64,000 bases of DNA from an uncultured delta proteobacterium (GCA_963843145.1 CAWJJC010000022.1:64001-128000), one strand, 5' to 3'. Shown: positions 49,583-58,853, numbered from the stretch's first letter. Notes: generated from the sequence alone by a model not told the origin. A program made the numbers and translations.

Positions 49583-50983
49583 TTAGATTGTATCAAAACC
49601 ATCCACTTTGGCAATATTTTTGATATCCATCCCGAATTCCCTGATCCGGTTCCAGACCGTGACCCGCGAAACCCCCAGGATTCGGGCGGCCTCGGTTTGA
49701 TTGCCACTGGATCGCTCCAGGGCTTCCCGCAGGGCTTTCTTTTTCATTTCTTTTCGATCGGAGGGAGCGTTTGGAGTCGAACTATTAAACCGTTTTCCCT
49801 GGAAAATTCCGAGAGGGAGGTGCTGGGGCTGAATCAGGGCTTCCTGACAAGTCACCAGGGCGTATTCAAAGGCGCTTTTTAATTCTCGTACATTTCCCGG
49901 CCATTCGTAGCTTATCAAGGCCTCCATGGTTTCCGGGCTGATCCCCTGGATCGGCTTGCCGGTTTTCAACTGGATTCGCTTAAAGAAAAATTCCGCCAGC
50001 AGGGGAATGTCTTCCACCCGGTCTCGCAATGGGGGTAAGACGATAGGGATGACGTTGATTCGGAAAAACAGATCCTCCCGAAACCCCCCCGAAGCGACGA
50101 GTTGTTTCAAATTTCTGTTTGTGGCCGAGATAATCCGGACATCCACCGGGACCGGCCGGTTTTCGCCCACCCGCTCAATAACTTTTTCCTCCAGGACCCG
50201 AAGCAGTTTCACCTGAGTGGAAAGCGGCAGGTCCCCGATCTCATCAAAAAAAAGGTCCCCCCCGTGGGCCGCTTCAAAGCGTCCTTTGCGACCCTCATAC
50301 GCTCCGGTGTAGGCACCCCGTACGTGTCCAAAAAGTTCGCTTTCCAGTAAAGTTTCGGTCAAAGCGGCGCTGTTGACCTTGACAAAAGGCTTTCGTTTTC
50401 GCGGACCGATCTCATGGAGGGCTTTAGCGGCCAGCTCTTTCCCGGTGCCACTCTCGCCTAAGATAATCACCGGAGCATCGGAACGGGCGGCATTGGTGAT
50501 CATATTTAAGGCCTGTTGCAGGGGAGCAGCGTGGCCCAATATTCCATGAAAGGTGTCTTCTTCCCGCAGTTCACGCCGGAAGGCCTCTATCTGGCTGTCT
50601 TTTTCCACGATCTCGGTCAGGTCGGTCAGTGTTTCCACGGCCCCAATAACCTGGTTTCCGACATCATAAAGAAGGGAAGCGTTTTTTAGGACCGGGACAG
50701 AGCTCCCGTCCTTTCGCTGGATGGCGCAACGCCGCCGACTCAGGCTGCCGAACTCAAAAACCGAACAAAACATCCGCCCCTTTTTGTCGCGCGCTTTTTT
50801 GCAAATATTACACTTCAGGACCGAACAGGACTGTCCCAAGATCCCCTCCCGGGAATAGCCGGTAATTTCTTCAAAGGCCCGATTTACCGAGACGATAAGA
50901 CCCTGTGGGTCGACAATCATCACTCCATCCTGGATCGTGTCCACTACTGTCTTCCAGTAACGACTCAACTCCTGTTCACGCAT
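49583..50983 (-). CDS. Sigma54-dependent activator (PAS-AAA+-Fis HTH) with Cys-rich PAS
   Basis: GESGTGKE, ESELFGH.RGAYTGA, FREDLFFR, WPGNVREL, HTH; PAS contains CSVLKCNIC...FC...C. Confidence 0.95.
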   Translation of the reverse strand: MREQELSRYWKTVVDTIQDGVMIVDPQGLIVSVNRAFEEITGYSREGILGQSCSVLKCNICKKARDKKGRMFCSVFEFGSLSRRRCAIQRKDGSSVPVLKNASLLYDVGNQVIGAVETLTDLTEIVEKDSQIEAFRRELREEDTFHGILGHAAPLQQALNMITNAARSDAPVIILGESGTGKELAAKALHEIGPRKRKPFVKVNSAALTETLLESELFGHVRGAYTGAYEGRKGRFEAAHGGDLFFDEIGDLPLSTQVKLLRVLEEKVIERVGENRPVPVDVRIISATNRNLKQLVASGGFREDLFFRINVIPIVLPPLRDRVEDIPLLAEFFFKRIQLKTGKPIQGISPETMEALISYEWPGNVRELKSAFEYALVTCQEALIQPQHLPLGIFQGKRFNSSTPNAPSDRKEMKKKALREALERSSGNQTEAARILGVSRVTVWNRIREFGMDIKNIAKVDGFDTI

Positions 50984-50996
50984 GGCTCCCCCTTCC

Positions 50997-51042
50997 GTTA
51001 AAATTTAACAGGGTATTAAATATATAATTTAACATTTTAACA
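50997..51042. promoter_or_regulatory. Putative enhancer (UAS) sites
   Basis: GTTAAAATTTAAC palindrome (50997-51009) plus further TTTAACA half-sites at 51028 and 51036. Confidence 0.55.
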
Positions 51043-51121
51043 TCTTTGAGACTATAAAATTAATCCTTTCGCTCCTATTTGTTATTTCAATCAGGGTTCA
51101 AAAAAATACTTATAGCATCAA

Positions 51122-51134
51122 AATCAAATGGTTA
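51122..51134 (+). promoter_or_regulatory. IHF binding site
   Basis: AATCAAATGGTTA matches WATCAANNNNTTR, located between the UAS and the sigma54 promoter. Confidence 0.7.
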
Positions 51135-51174
51135 ATAAAAAAATGGCCGGATCGAGCAAGCCCTAGAAGGCGCT

Positions 51175-51190
51175 TGGCTGGAATCTTGCT
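51175..51190 (+). promoter_or_regulatory. Sigma54 promoter of the tusA-hdr operon
   Basis: TGGCTGGAATCTTGCT. Confidence 0.82.
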
Positions 51191-51282
51191 TCTTCATTGT
51201 ATCAAGTATCAAACCAAAGTTTTCGCCTGAGGGGAAGGATTGATGTCAATTAATTTTAGTACCTATTCAAGGAGGAAAAAAA

Positions 51283-51537
51283 ATGGCTGAAACAGATTTG
51301 AACAGCATTACCGCGGCCAATACCGTCGATGCCCGGGGGAGCGCTTGCCCCGGACCACTTTTGGAAGCCAAAAAAGGGATCGGCAAGGTGAAGGTGGGAG
51401 AGATCCTGGAGGTCCTGTCCGGTGATCCCGGGACCCGAGATGACATCCCGGCCTGGGCCGACAAGGTCGGACATGAATACCTGGGTCTGCTGGAAGCGAG
51501 CGGCTATACCCGGCTTTTTGTGCGTCGGAAAAAATAA
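51283..51537 (+). CDS. tusA: TusA family sulfurtransferase
   Basis: VDARGSACPGPLL...DIPAWA...GHEYL. Confidence 0.92.
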   Translation: MAETDLNSITAANTVDARGSACPGPLLEAKKGIGKVKVGEILEVLSGDPGTRDDIPAWADKVGHEYLGLLEASGYTRLFVRRKK

Positions 51538-51548
51538 TCGGAGGAGTC

Positions 51549-52016
51549 ATGGCCGTTCAGGAACAGGAAGGGAAAATCCTCATCTTGGCAACCGAACACT
51601 GTGCCTACCCGGGGGCCAATTCCGTGGGACAGGCCCACAGTCCGTATCCGGCCAACACCTATATTCTCCGGGTGCCGGCGCCGGTGCTGTTTCCTGAAAC
51701 GTTTTACTTGAACTGTTTCAAGAAAGGGGTCAGCGGCCTGATTATTATGACCTGCGGGTCCGAATGCCCTTACGAGGGGGCTTACCAGGCCTTGGCCAAG
51801 CGGATCGACCGGGTCTACGCACTGATGAAGGCGCAGGACCTGGACCTTCGCCGGCTCCGGCTCACGGCGATCTGCACGGTCTGCAATCGGGCTTTCCTGA
51901 AGGAGGTCCAGGAGATGAATGCCCTGGTCCAGGAATTAGGACCCCCGGTTTTTGGAAAGGACTATCCGGATAAACGAGGAGGAAGCCATGGAACCCAACC
52001 AAACCCTGACGTTTGA
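51549..52016 (+). CDS. MvhD/FlpD-like hydrogenase iron-sulfur subunit (atypical)
   Basis: CAYPGA..VG...YP...ILRV...CGSECPY...RLRL. The true stop may be 51973 if one T is missing near 51950. Confidence 0.8.
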   Translation: MAVQEQEGKILILATEHCAYPGANSVGQAHSPYPANTYILRVPAPVLFPETFYLNCFKKGVSGLIIMTCGSECPYEGAYQALAKRIDRVYALMKAQDLDLRRLRLTAICTVCNRAFLKEVQEMNALVQELGPPVFGKDYPDKRGGSHGTQPNPDV

Positions 52017-53298
52017 CGCCCTGGTGGTGGGGGGGGGTATCGCCGGCCTGCAGTCGGCGTTGGATCTGGCGGAGCAGGATTTTCGAGTGGCGGTAGTAGA
52101 GAAAGACACCACCATCGGCGGCAAGATGATCCGGCTTTCCAAGGTTTTTCCGACGCTCGATTGCGCCAGTTGCATTACCACCCCCAAGATGGCCGCGGCG
52201 GCCCATCATGAGCGGATTACGCTATTCACCTATTGTGAGCTGAACGCGCTGGATCGGACTCCGGAAGGGTTGACGGCTACCATCACTCAGAAACCCCGTT
52301 ATGTGGAGGCCCATAAGTGCATCGGCTGTCGGCAGTGCGAGTACACTTGTCCGGTTTATGTGCGGGATGAAGAGCAGGGTGGGTTTTCCGCCAGGAAAGC
52401 CATCTATATTCCTTTCTCCAACGCCATCCCTCAGACGGCCCTGCTGGATGTGGAAAATTGTTTGCTGTGCGGGAAATGTGAAAAGATCTGTCCGACACAG
52501 GCCGTGAATTTTTTTCAGGAACCCCGGGTATTCCGGGTAGAGGCCAAAACGGCTGTTTTGGCCACCGGGTTTGAACCGATCCCGCTCGCCGACAAGGTCC
52601 AGTACGGCAAGGGAGAGATCCCTAATGTCATTACCGCGTTGCAGATGGAGCGGCTCCTGGCCCCCCATGGGCCCTACGCCCGGGTCCTGCGTCCTTCGGA
52701 CGGAATGGAGCCGGATTCCATCGCTTTTATTCAATGCGTCGGCTCCCGGGACCAGAGTCTGGGTGTTCCCTACTGTTCCCGGGTCTGTTGCATGTACGCG
52801 ATCAAGCAGGCCATGCTCCTTTCCGGTGCCCTGCCTTTGGCGGATATTATTATTTATTACATAGACATCCGGGCCTTTGGAAAAGGCTATGAACAGTTCT
52901 TCCAAAATGCGCAGGCCATGGGGATCCAGTTTGTCAGAGCCAAAGTGGCCACCCTGAGCGAAGGCGAAAGCGGACGGGTCACGGTCCGCTACGAAGCCCA
53001 GGATGGAGAGGGGGTGACCACGGCGGATCATGATCTGGTGGTGCTCTCCCTGGGGATGCTTCCGGGGTGGAACCCCGAGGGCCTCTGTGCCGTGTCTCGG
53101 GATGCAGACGGTTTTATAAAGACCATTCAACCCAAAATCGCCCCGACCTTGACGGACCTGGAGGGTGTTCTGGTGACCGGAGCGGCAGCCGGTCCTAAGG
53201 ACATTGTGGACACCATAGCGGAGTCCGGCGCCGCTTCCATGGAGGCCGCGAAGTACCTGACGGTCCGAGCCGCTTCCCCCAAGGTCCAGACCGTTTGA
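51988..53298 (+). CDS. HdrA-like flavoprotein 1 (no N-terminal domain, inserted ferredoxin)
   Basis: GGGIAG, KVFPTLDCASC, CIGCRQC..CP, CLLCGKC..CP, QCVGSRD, YCSRVCC, GPKDI. Confidence 0.92.
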   Translation: MEPNQTLTFDALVVGGGIAGLQSALDLAEQDFRVAVVEKDTTIGGKMIRLSKVFPTLDCASCITTPKMAAAAHHERITLFTYCELNALDRTPEGLTATITQKPRYVEAHKCIGCRQCEYTCPVYVRDEEQGGFSARKAIYIPFSNAIPQTALLDVENCLLCGKCEKICPTQAVNFFQEPRVFRVEAKTAVLATGFEPIPLADKVQYGKGEIPNVITALQMERLLAPHGPYARVLRPSDGMEPDSIAFIQCVGSRDQSLGVPYCSRVCCMYAIKQAMLLSGALPLADIIIYYIDIRAFGKGYEQFFQNAQAMGIQFVRAKVATLSEGESGRVTVRYEAQDGEGVTTADHDLVVLSLGMLPGWNPEGLCAVSRDADGFIKTIQPKIAPTLTDLEGVLVTGAAAGPKDIVDTIAESGAASMEAAKYLTVRAASPKVQTV

Positions 53299-53338
53299 AA
53301 ACCGGCCGATTAAATCCAGTGGATCGGGAGATTGGATG

Positions 53339-55249
53339 ATGATGGAAGAAACGAAAGTGATCAACGCCACAGGGGAAAAGATCGGGGTTTACCTTTGTCA
53401 TTGCGGAGGGAACATTTCCGATCAGGTGGCCGTGGAAAAGGTCCGGGAGCGGGCCGAGAAGATCCCCGGTGTGGCCGTGGTCCGCACCAACCCTTTCATG
53501 TGTTCGGATCCCGGGCAGGAACTGATCGCCGAAGACCTGAAAATGGGAACCGTCGACCGGGTGGTGGTGGCCTCCTGCGCTCCCAGTCTTCATGAAACTA
53601 CTTTTCGGGGCGTCATGGTCCGGGCGGGCGCAAATCCCTACCTCTATGAACACGCCAACATCCGGGAGCAGGTGAGCTGGGTCCACCACGGCGACGCGGC
53701 CACGGATAAAGCGACCCGGCTGGTGGCTGCCGCGGTGGGCAAGGCCAAAAACCTAAAACCGCTGAAACCCTTGCGGGTCGAGGCCAGAAGGCATGCCACC
53801 GTGATCGGCGGGGGAGTGGCGGGGCTTCGGGCGGCCAAAGACCTGGCCGTCAGGGGATTTAAGGTGGCCCTAGTGGAACGGTCTCCTTTTTTGGGGGGGC
53901 GGTCGGCCTTATTGGACCGCATAGCCCCCACGGGAGAACCGGCCGCCGATCTGGTCTCCAACCTGGCCCGGGAGGTCCTGAGCGATCCGGCCGTCAGTCT
54001 GTACACCTGTTCCCAGGTAATCGGATTTGAAGGGACCATCGGTAATTTCAATCTTCGGATCAGGACCGCGCCTCCGGACTCGGAAGCGGACCACGAAAAA
54101 ATCCGACGACTGAGTACCTCCGGAGCCGGATTGAGAGAATTTGTCCCTTTGGTCGGGATGTATCCGGGCGGCATTCCTGAGCGGACCGAAGATCGCACGA
54201 TCGAAACCGGGGTAGTCATCCTGGCCACGGGTTTTAAACCGTACACTCCCCGCCAGGGAGAGTACGGACAGGGAGTCTTCCCGGAGAGCCTGACCCTTCC
54301 CCAGTTTATTCTGGAGACGGCCCATCAAAAAACCAATGGGGGGGTTCTGGAGTTGGGAGGACGGCCGATTCGAAGCCTGGCCCTGATCCACTGTGTAGGC
54401 AGCCGGCAGATCCCCGGTATTCATGAACCGGATAAAACGGGGGTCCTTAATGAATATTGCTCCCGCACCTGTTGCACCGCCACCATACAGGCGGCGCTCC
54501 AGGTTCGTAAAAACTATCCGGGAACGCGGGTCTATGAATTCTATCGGGATATTCGCACCTATGGCCGGGGCCAGGAGGAGCTTTATCGGCAAGCCTCCAA
54601 CAGTGGAGTCGTCTTCCTGCGCTTCCAGGCGGAAGAACCCCCCCAAGTGTCTCGATCGATCGACGGCAGCGATTTTCCTCTTCGGATCATGGTCAAGGAT
54701 ACCCTGACCTTTGGAGAAGAGGTGGAAGTTCCGGTGGATTTGTTGGTGCTGGCGGTGGGCATGGAGCCGAATCCCGTGCCCGACCTGGTGGAGATGATGA
54801 AACTTCCGGTAGGTGTCGACCGATTTCTATTGGAGGTGCATCCCAAGCTGCGCCCGGTGGAGCTTTCCGTAGCCGGAATCCTGCTGGCCGGTACCTGCCA
54901 AGCCCCCATGGATATTGGAGAAGCCTGTGCCGGAGCGGGTGCGGCAGCGGTCAAGGCCTCGGGTATCCTTTCCCGGGGCTACGTGGAGTTGGATCCCTTC
55001 GTGGCCGAAGTGGATATTCATAAGTGCCGAGGTAGGGGCGCCTGTGTGGAGGCCTGTTTGAATCCGGGTGCGCTGACGATGGTGGAGACCGAAGTCGAAG
55101 GGCGGCAGGTCCGGCAAGCCCGGGTGAATCCGGCCCTCTGCCGGGGTTGCGGCGCCTGCGTGGCGGTTTGTCCGGAGAACGCCATTCAGGTCAACGGGTG
55201 GACGCTGGGACAATACGAGGAAATGGTGGATATGATTCTGATCCGATGA
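53339..55249 (+). CDS. HdrA-like flavoprotein 2 (N-terminal domain, C-terminal ferredoxin)
   Basis: GVYLCHCGGNI, VVASCAP, NIREQVSWVH, GGGVAG, HCVGSR, YCSRTCC, HPKLRPV, CRGCGACVAVCP. Confidence 0.92.
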   Translation: MMEETKVINATGEKIGVYLCHCGGNISDQVAVEKVRERAEKIPGVAVVRTNPFMCSDPGQELIAEDLKMGTVDRVVVASCAPSLHETTFRGVMVRAGANPYLYEHANIREQVSWVHHGDAATDKATRLVAAAVGKAKNLKPLKPLRVEARRHATVIGGGVAGLRAAKDLAVRGFKVALVERSPFLGGRSALLDRIAPTGEPAADLVSNLAREVLSDPAVSLYTCSQVIGFEGTIGNFNLRIRTAPPDSEADHEKIRRLSTSGAGLREFVPLVGMYPGGIPERTEDRTIETGVVILATGFKPYTPRQGEYGQGVFPESLTLPQFILETAHQKTNGGVLELGGRPIRSLALIHCVGSRQIPGIHEPDKTGVLNEYCSRTCCTATIQAALQVRKNYPGTRVYEFYRDIRTYGRGQEELYRQASNSGVVFLRFQAEEPPQVSRSIDGSDFPLRIMVKDTLTFGEEVEVPVDLLVLAVGMEPNPVPDLVEMMKLPVGVDRFLLEVHPKLRPVELSVAGILLAGTCQAPMDIGEACAGAGAAAVKASGILSRGYVELDPFVAEVDIHKCRGRGACVEACLNPGALTMVETEVEGRQVRQARVNPALCRGCGACVAVCPENAIQVNGWTLGQYEEMVDMILIR

Positions 55250-55315
55250 ACTGATCTGCTGATTTTAAATTCCGGTCTAAGCCAACGGGGAAGAAAGGAG
55301 AGGGAAAAGATTCCA

Positions 55316-55651
55316 ATGACAGCAGCCGAAACGGACAAGGAAGCACGGAATAAGCTTCGATTGGCCCGAAAAGGGATAATCGCGGGGGTTGCGGCCCGGG
55401 TAAAGGAGCAGCAGCAGGCCGTCAAGGCCCTGAAGCAGTCCCTGCAGGCGGGCGGTAAAACGGTACCGGAACTGGCTCAGGACACCGGGCTGCCCGCGGC
55501 TGAGGTCTTGTGGTACCTGGCGGCTATGAAAAAGTATGGTGAAATCGCTGAAGGGGCCAAAGCAGGAAGCTATTTTCGCTATACGCTGGCGCCCGCGCTT
55601 CCCGTTGAAGGGGCCGTAGACCAGGAGATTTCAGGAGGGGCCGCGAAATGA
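55316..55651 (+). CDS. Small winged-helix protein
   Basis: KTVPELAQDTGL..AEVLWYL..MKKYG.I.E....YFRY. Confidence 0.75.
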   Translation: MTAAETDKEARNKLRLARKGIIAGVAARVKEQQQAVKALKQSLQAGGKTVPELAQDTGLPAAEVLWYLAAMKKYGEIAEGAKAGSYFRYTLAPALPVEGAVDQEISGGAAK

Positions 55652-55950
55652 TCACGGTGAATACGTCGTTCGCGGAAGAGTTGGCCCGTTTTGGCGTGGA
55701 TACCGCCCTCGATTGTTATCATTGCGGGACCTGTGCCGCCATTTGCCCGTTGATTTACGAGCACTTTCCACGAAAGATGATTCGCTATATCCAGTTGGGC
55801 GCCAGGGAAAGGATTCTGGAAAACCCGATCGATCTGTGGCGTTGTCTGCACTGCGGACTTTGCACCCAAACCTGCCCGCGGAAAGCCGATCCCGGAGAGC
55901 TGATTCTGGGCTTAAAACGTTTTGTAGTGGACCACTGGAGGAATCATTAG
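55648..55950 (+). CDS. HdrC-like 2x[4Fe-4S] protein
   Basis: CYHCGTCAAICP, PRKMIR, WRCLHCGLCTQTCP. Confidence 0.9.
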   Translation: MITVNTSFAEELARFGVDTALDCYHCGTCAAICPLIYEHFPRKMIRYIQLGARERILENPIDLWRCLHCGLCTQTCPRKADPGELILGLKRFVVDHWRNH

Positions 55951-55951
55951 C

Positions 55952-56884
55952 ATGTATCACCCCAAGGATATCATCGAGATTCTGGCCGCGAATGTACGTC
56001 ATACCCGAAGCCCCTTCGGCACCCCGAAATTTTTGGTGAACAACTGGTGGAAAGAACTGGGGCTCAGAAAGCAGGGGGAGTCCCTGTTGTTTACGGGCCT
56101 GATGTACCAGTTTGTCCCTTATATTGAAAAGACCACCAGTTACCTGGAAAAATTTGAAGATCGGCCACTGGCCGAATGGCTGCGGTTTGGGCGGTATCAG
56201 CCTAAGCGATTGGCCGGCCTGGGGCTGGCCATGCTCATCCCCGGTGCGGCCAAAAAGAGCGCCCAGACCACTCTCCGGAATATTGCCCGCATCCTCACCC
56301 AATCCGGAGTGGACTTTTATTATCAACCGCGACTGGACGAATACAGTGGGATCCTGCTTTACGATCTGGGTGACCAGGAGAGCTTTGTGGCGCATGCCCG
56401 GTATGTGGCCGGCCGGCTAAAAAGAGCGGGAGTGCGAAAGATCATCACCGTGGACCCTCACACTACTTATGCCTTGAAGGTCCTCTATCCTCAATATACC
56501 GGGGAGCATTTTGAAGTGAGGACCTATTTTGAACTGGCCAAGGGTTCTCCCCAAAATGATCAAGGCCGGGTTACCCTCCATGATCCCTGTTTTTACGGGC
56601 GATATCTGGAATTGTCCGCTGCGCCGCGAAAGGCCCTGGAAAGGATAGGCATCGAATGCCTGGAGATCCGGAATTCCGGCACCTTCACCCAATGCTGCGG
56701 CGGACCGGCGGAGTCCATCTCTCCCCATCTGGCCCGGGAGGTTATGGAGCGCAGGGTGGAAGAGTTGAAAGCTACCGGTGCCCCTTTGGTGGCCATGTGC
56801 CCCATCTGCCTGGGCAACTTGAGAAAGTCCGGGGCGGAGGTGGAGGACCTGTCGACTATCCTGGCCCGCGGGCTTCCGGCTTGA
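55952..56884 (+). CDS. CCG-domain (HdrB/HdrD-like) Fe-S protein
   Basis: HDPCFYGR, CCGGP, CPIC; first CCG repeat degenerate (FTGLM, YSG, TVDPHT). Confidence 0.85.
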   Translation: MYHPKDIIEILAANVRHTRSPFGTPKFLVNNWWKELGLRKQGESLLFTGLMYQFVPYIEKTTSYLEKFEDRPLAEWLRFGRYQPKRLAGLGLAMLIPGAAKKSAQTTLRNIARILTQSGVDFYYQPRLDEYSGILLYDLGDQESFVAHARYVAGRLKRAGVRKIITVDPHTTYALKVLYPQYTGEHFEVRTYFELAKGSPQNDQGRVTLHDPCFYGRYLELSAAPRKALERIGIECLEIRNSGTFTQCCGGPAESISPHLAREVMERRVEELKATGAPLVAMCPICLGNLRKSGAEVEDLSTILARGLPA

Positions 56885-56968
56885 GGGTAGGCAAATTCTG
56901 GATTGGCTAATGTCTTTGAACGCTATTTTTCATAAAACCCATTTCTAAGCAAAGAAAGGAGCAGTATC

Positions 56969-57343
56969 ATGACAGAAAAAGAAGAAAAGATCCTGGTGAT
57001 CGGCACCCATGCCTCAGACAATCCGGAGAAGGCGGCCATGCCCTTTGTCATGGCCAACGCGGCCCTGGCCATGGATGTCAAGGCCATGGTGGTGTTGCAG
57101 GGGGAAGGCGTCTATCTGGCCAAGAAAGGGTATATGGAAAACCTGGTCAAGCCGGGGGGCTTCAGCCCTTTCACCAAACTGATGGCCGACTTCCTGGAAC
57201 TGGGGGGGTCCCTCAGAGTTTGCGTGCCCTGCATCAAAGAGAGGAACATAGAAGAGTCCGATCTGATCGCAGGGGCACAGACCACAGCCGCCGGGCGCCT
57301 GATTACCGAAGCGCTCCAGGCGGACGCCGTTTTCACCTATTAA
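56969..57343 (+). CDS. DsrE family protein
   Basis: PEKAAMPFVMANAALAMD, LQGEGV, CVPCIKER. Confidence 0.88.
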   Translation: MTEKEEKILVIGTHASDNPEKAAMPFVMANAALAMDVKAMVVLQGEGVYLAKKGYMENLVKPGGFSPFTKLMADFLELGGSLRVCVPCIKERNIEESDLIAGAQTTAAGRLITEALQADAVFTY

Positions 57344-57546
57344 AACCTTTTATACGAATTTCCTACAGGCTGAGTTCCTCGGGTATAAGGGGCGATCCGT
57401 TCGCCCCGCCTCCGGGATCTTTCATTCTTGTCCCGAAGGTGAGCCCGGCTCGCTAATTAAGGAATTCTAATTGATTCGGTTGATAAAAGGAGGTTTAAAA
57501 TGGAAGGAATCTCATTTCCAGACATCCCCAGCGTATTTCCGATCTT

Positions 57547-58200
57547 GTGACTCTAATAGAAAAAGGCGCCCGGGTGACTTGTCAATCCTCCTTTGCGGTC
57601 ATCCCGGTGGATTTTCGGCACCGCCGGAATCCCTATCAGGCCCATGTATTCCTGGTCTATTTTTCCGGAATGATGGACGGAGAACCCTACACCTTCCGCA
57701 AATGCTATGCTCGGGGGTGCTCCCACAACCTCTGCCCCCATGTCTCCCAGGCCGTTCTGATTGCCAATCGTTATCTCCAGCGGGATTATCGGTTACTGGA
57801 AAAAGCGGGCCTGGCGGTAGATCCCCGGTTGTTTACCCTGGAGGATATGATCGTCAAGTTTGAAGGGTATCGAGAGGAACATCCTCCCAACCAGACGATC
57901 GAGGATTACCTCCATCTGGCCCAAGAAGGGAATGAGATTTTCGTGGAAGTGGAACTGGAGTATGTCCCGGCGGTGGAACATTTCGCTAATTACCAAAACA
58001 AGCAGACCTTCCTGGTTGCTGGTTTTACCATCACCTATAGGGGAAAACCCAATTATTTGGAACGCTGCCTGGCCTGTTTTGCCTCTGAAAAGGAAAAGGA
58101 AGAAAAATCTCCAATGGTCTTGGTGGCCAATGCCCGACTGGAGGAGCTCTATCAGGTTTTCGAACAAGGCGCGATTCACTTGGTCAAACGATATTTTTAG
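57547..58200 (+). CDS. Hypothetical protein with Cys/His cluster
   Basis: KCYARGCSHNLCPH and RCLAC motifs; start uncertain. Confidence 0.75.
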   Translation: MTLIEKGARVTCQSSFAVIPVDFRHRRNPYQAHVFLVYFSGMMDGEPYTFRKCYARGCSHNLCPHVSQAVLIANRYLQRDYRLLEKAGLAVDPRLFTLEDMIVKFEGYREEHPPNQTIEDYLHLAQEGNEIFVEVELEYVPAVEHFANYQNKQTFLVAGFTITYRGKPNYLERCLACFASEKEKEEKSPMVLVANARLEELYQVFEQGAIHLVKRYF

Positions 58201-58331
58201 GGGAGTATTCTGATTTCGTCGCAAATCTTAAGAAGGATCTCAATCAAAAGCGGGCTAGCAGCCGCCGGGGCGGTTTCGGCGTTCTGGTTTCCAGACCCAG
58301 TTACGGTTTGTGGCGGTCCCGAGGAGGAGTC

Positions 58332-58853
58332 ATGGAACTACAAGGGAAGAAGGTCATAATCTTTGCCGAAGAGATGTACAACGAGTTTGAACTCTGGTAC
58401 CCTTATTATCGGTTGCTGGAAGCCGGGGCGGAGGTGGCCCTGGTCGGATCCGGGAGTGCCCCCGTTTATAAGAGCAAATTAGGACTTCCGGTCAGCGTCC
58501 AGACGAGCGCCGACCAGGTTGATCCGAAAAATTTCAACGGCCTGATCATCCCGGGCGGGTATGCCCCGGATCATATGCGGCGCTACCCGGCGATGGTCGG
58601 CCTGGTGAAAGAGATCTTTGGCGCCGGGAAGGTGGTGGCGGCCATCTGCCACGCCGGTTGGATGCTGGCTTCCGCCGAGGTGGTCCGGGGGAAGAAGTTG
58701 ACCTCTTTCTTTGCCATCAAAGACGACCTGATTCACGCCGGGGCGGAATGGGTCGATCAGGAGGTGGTGGTGGACGGCAACCTGATCACTAGCCGGAAAC
58801 CGGACGACCTGCCGGCTTTCATGCGGGCCGTGATTGCCGCCCTGAAGGGTTAG
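58332..58853 (+). CDS. PfpI/DJ-1 family protein
   Basis: EFELWYP, IPGGYAPD, AICHAG, DGNLITSR.PDDLPAF. Confidence 0.93.
   Translation: MELQGKKVIIFAEEMYNEFELWYPYYRLLEAGAEVALVGSGSAPVYKSKLGLPVSVQTSADQVDPKNFNGLIIPGGYAPDHMRRYPAMVGLVKEIFGAGKVVAAICHAGWMLASAEVVRGKKLTSFFAIKDDLIHAGAEWVDQEVVVDGNLITSRKPDDLPAFMRAVIAALKG

Noticed and set aside
51952-51990. MvhD-HdrA fusion or TTG start at 51952
   Set aside because: A strong SD precedes ATG 51988; fusion would need a base removed, whereas the other apparent errors here are missing bases.
52222-56395. Long antisense ORFs opposite the hdr genes
   Set aside because: Typical GC-rich shadow frames of strongly supported plus-strand genes.
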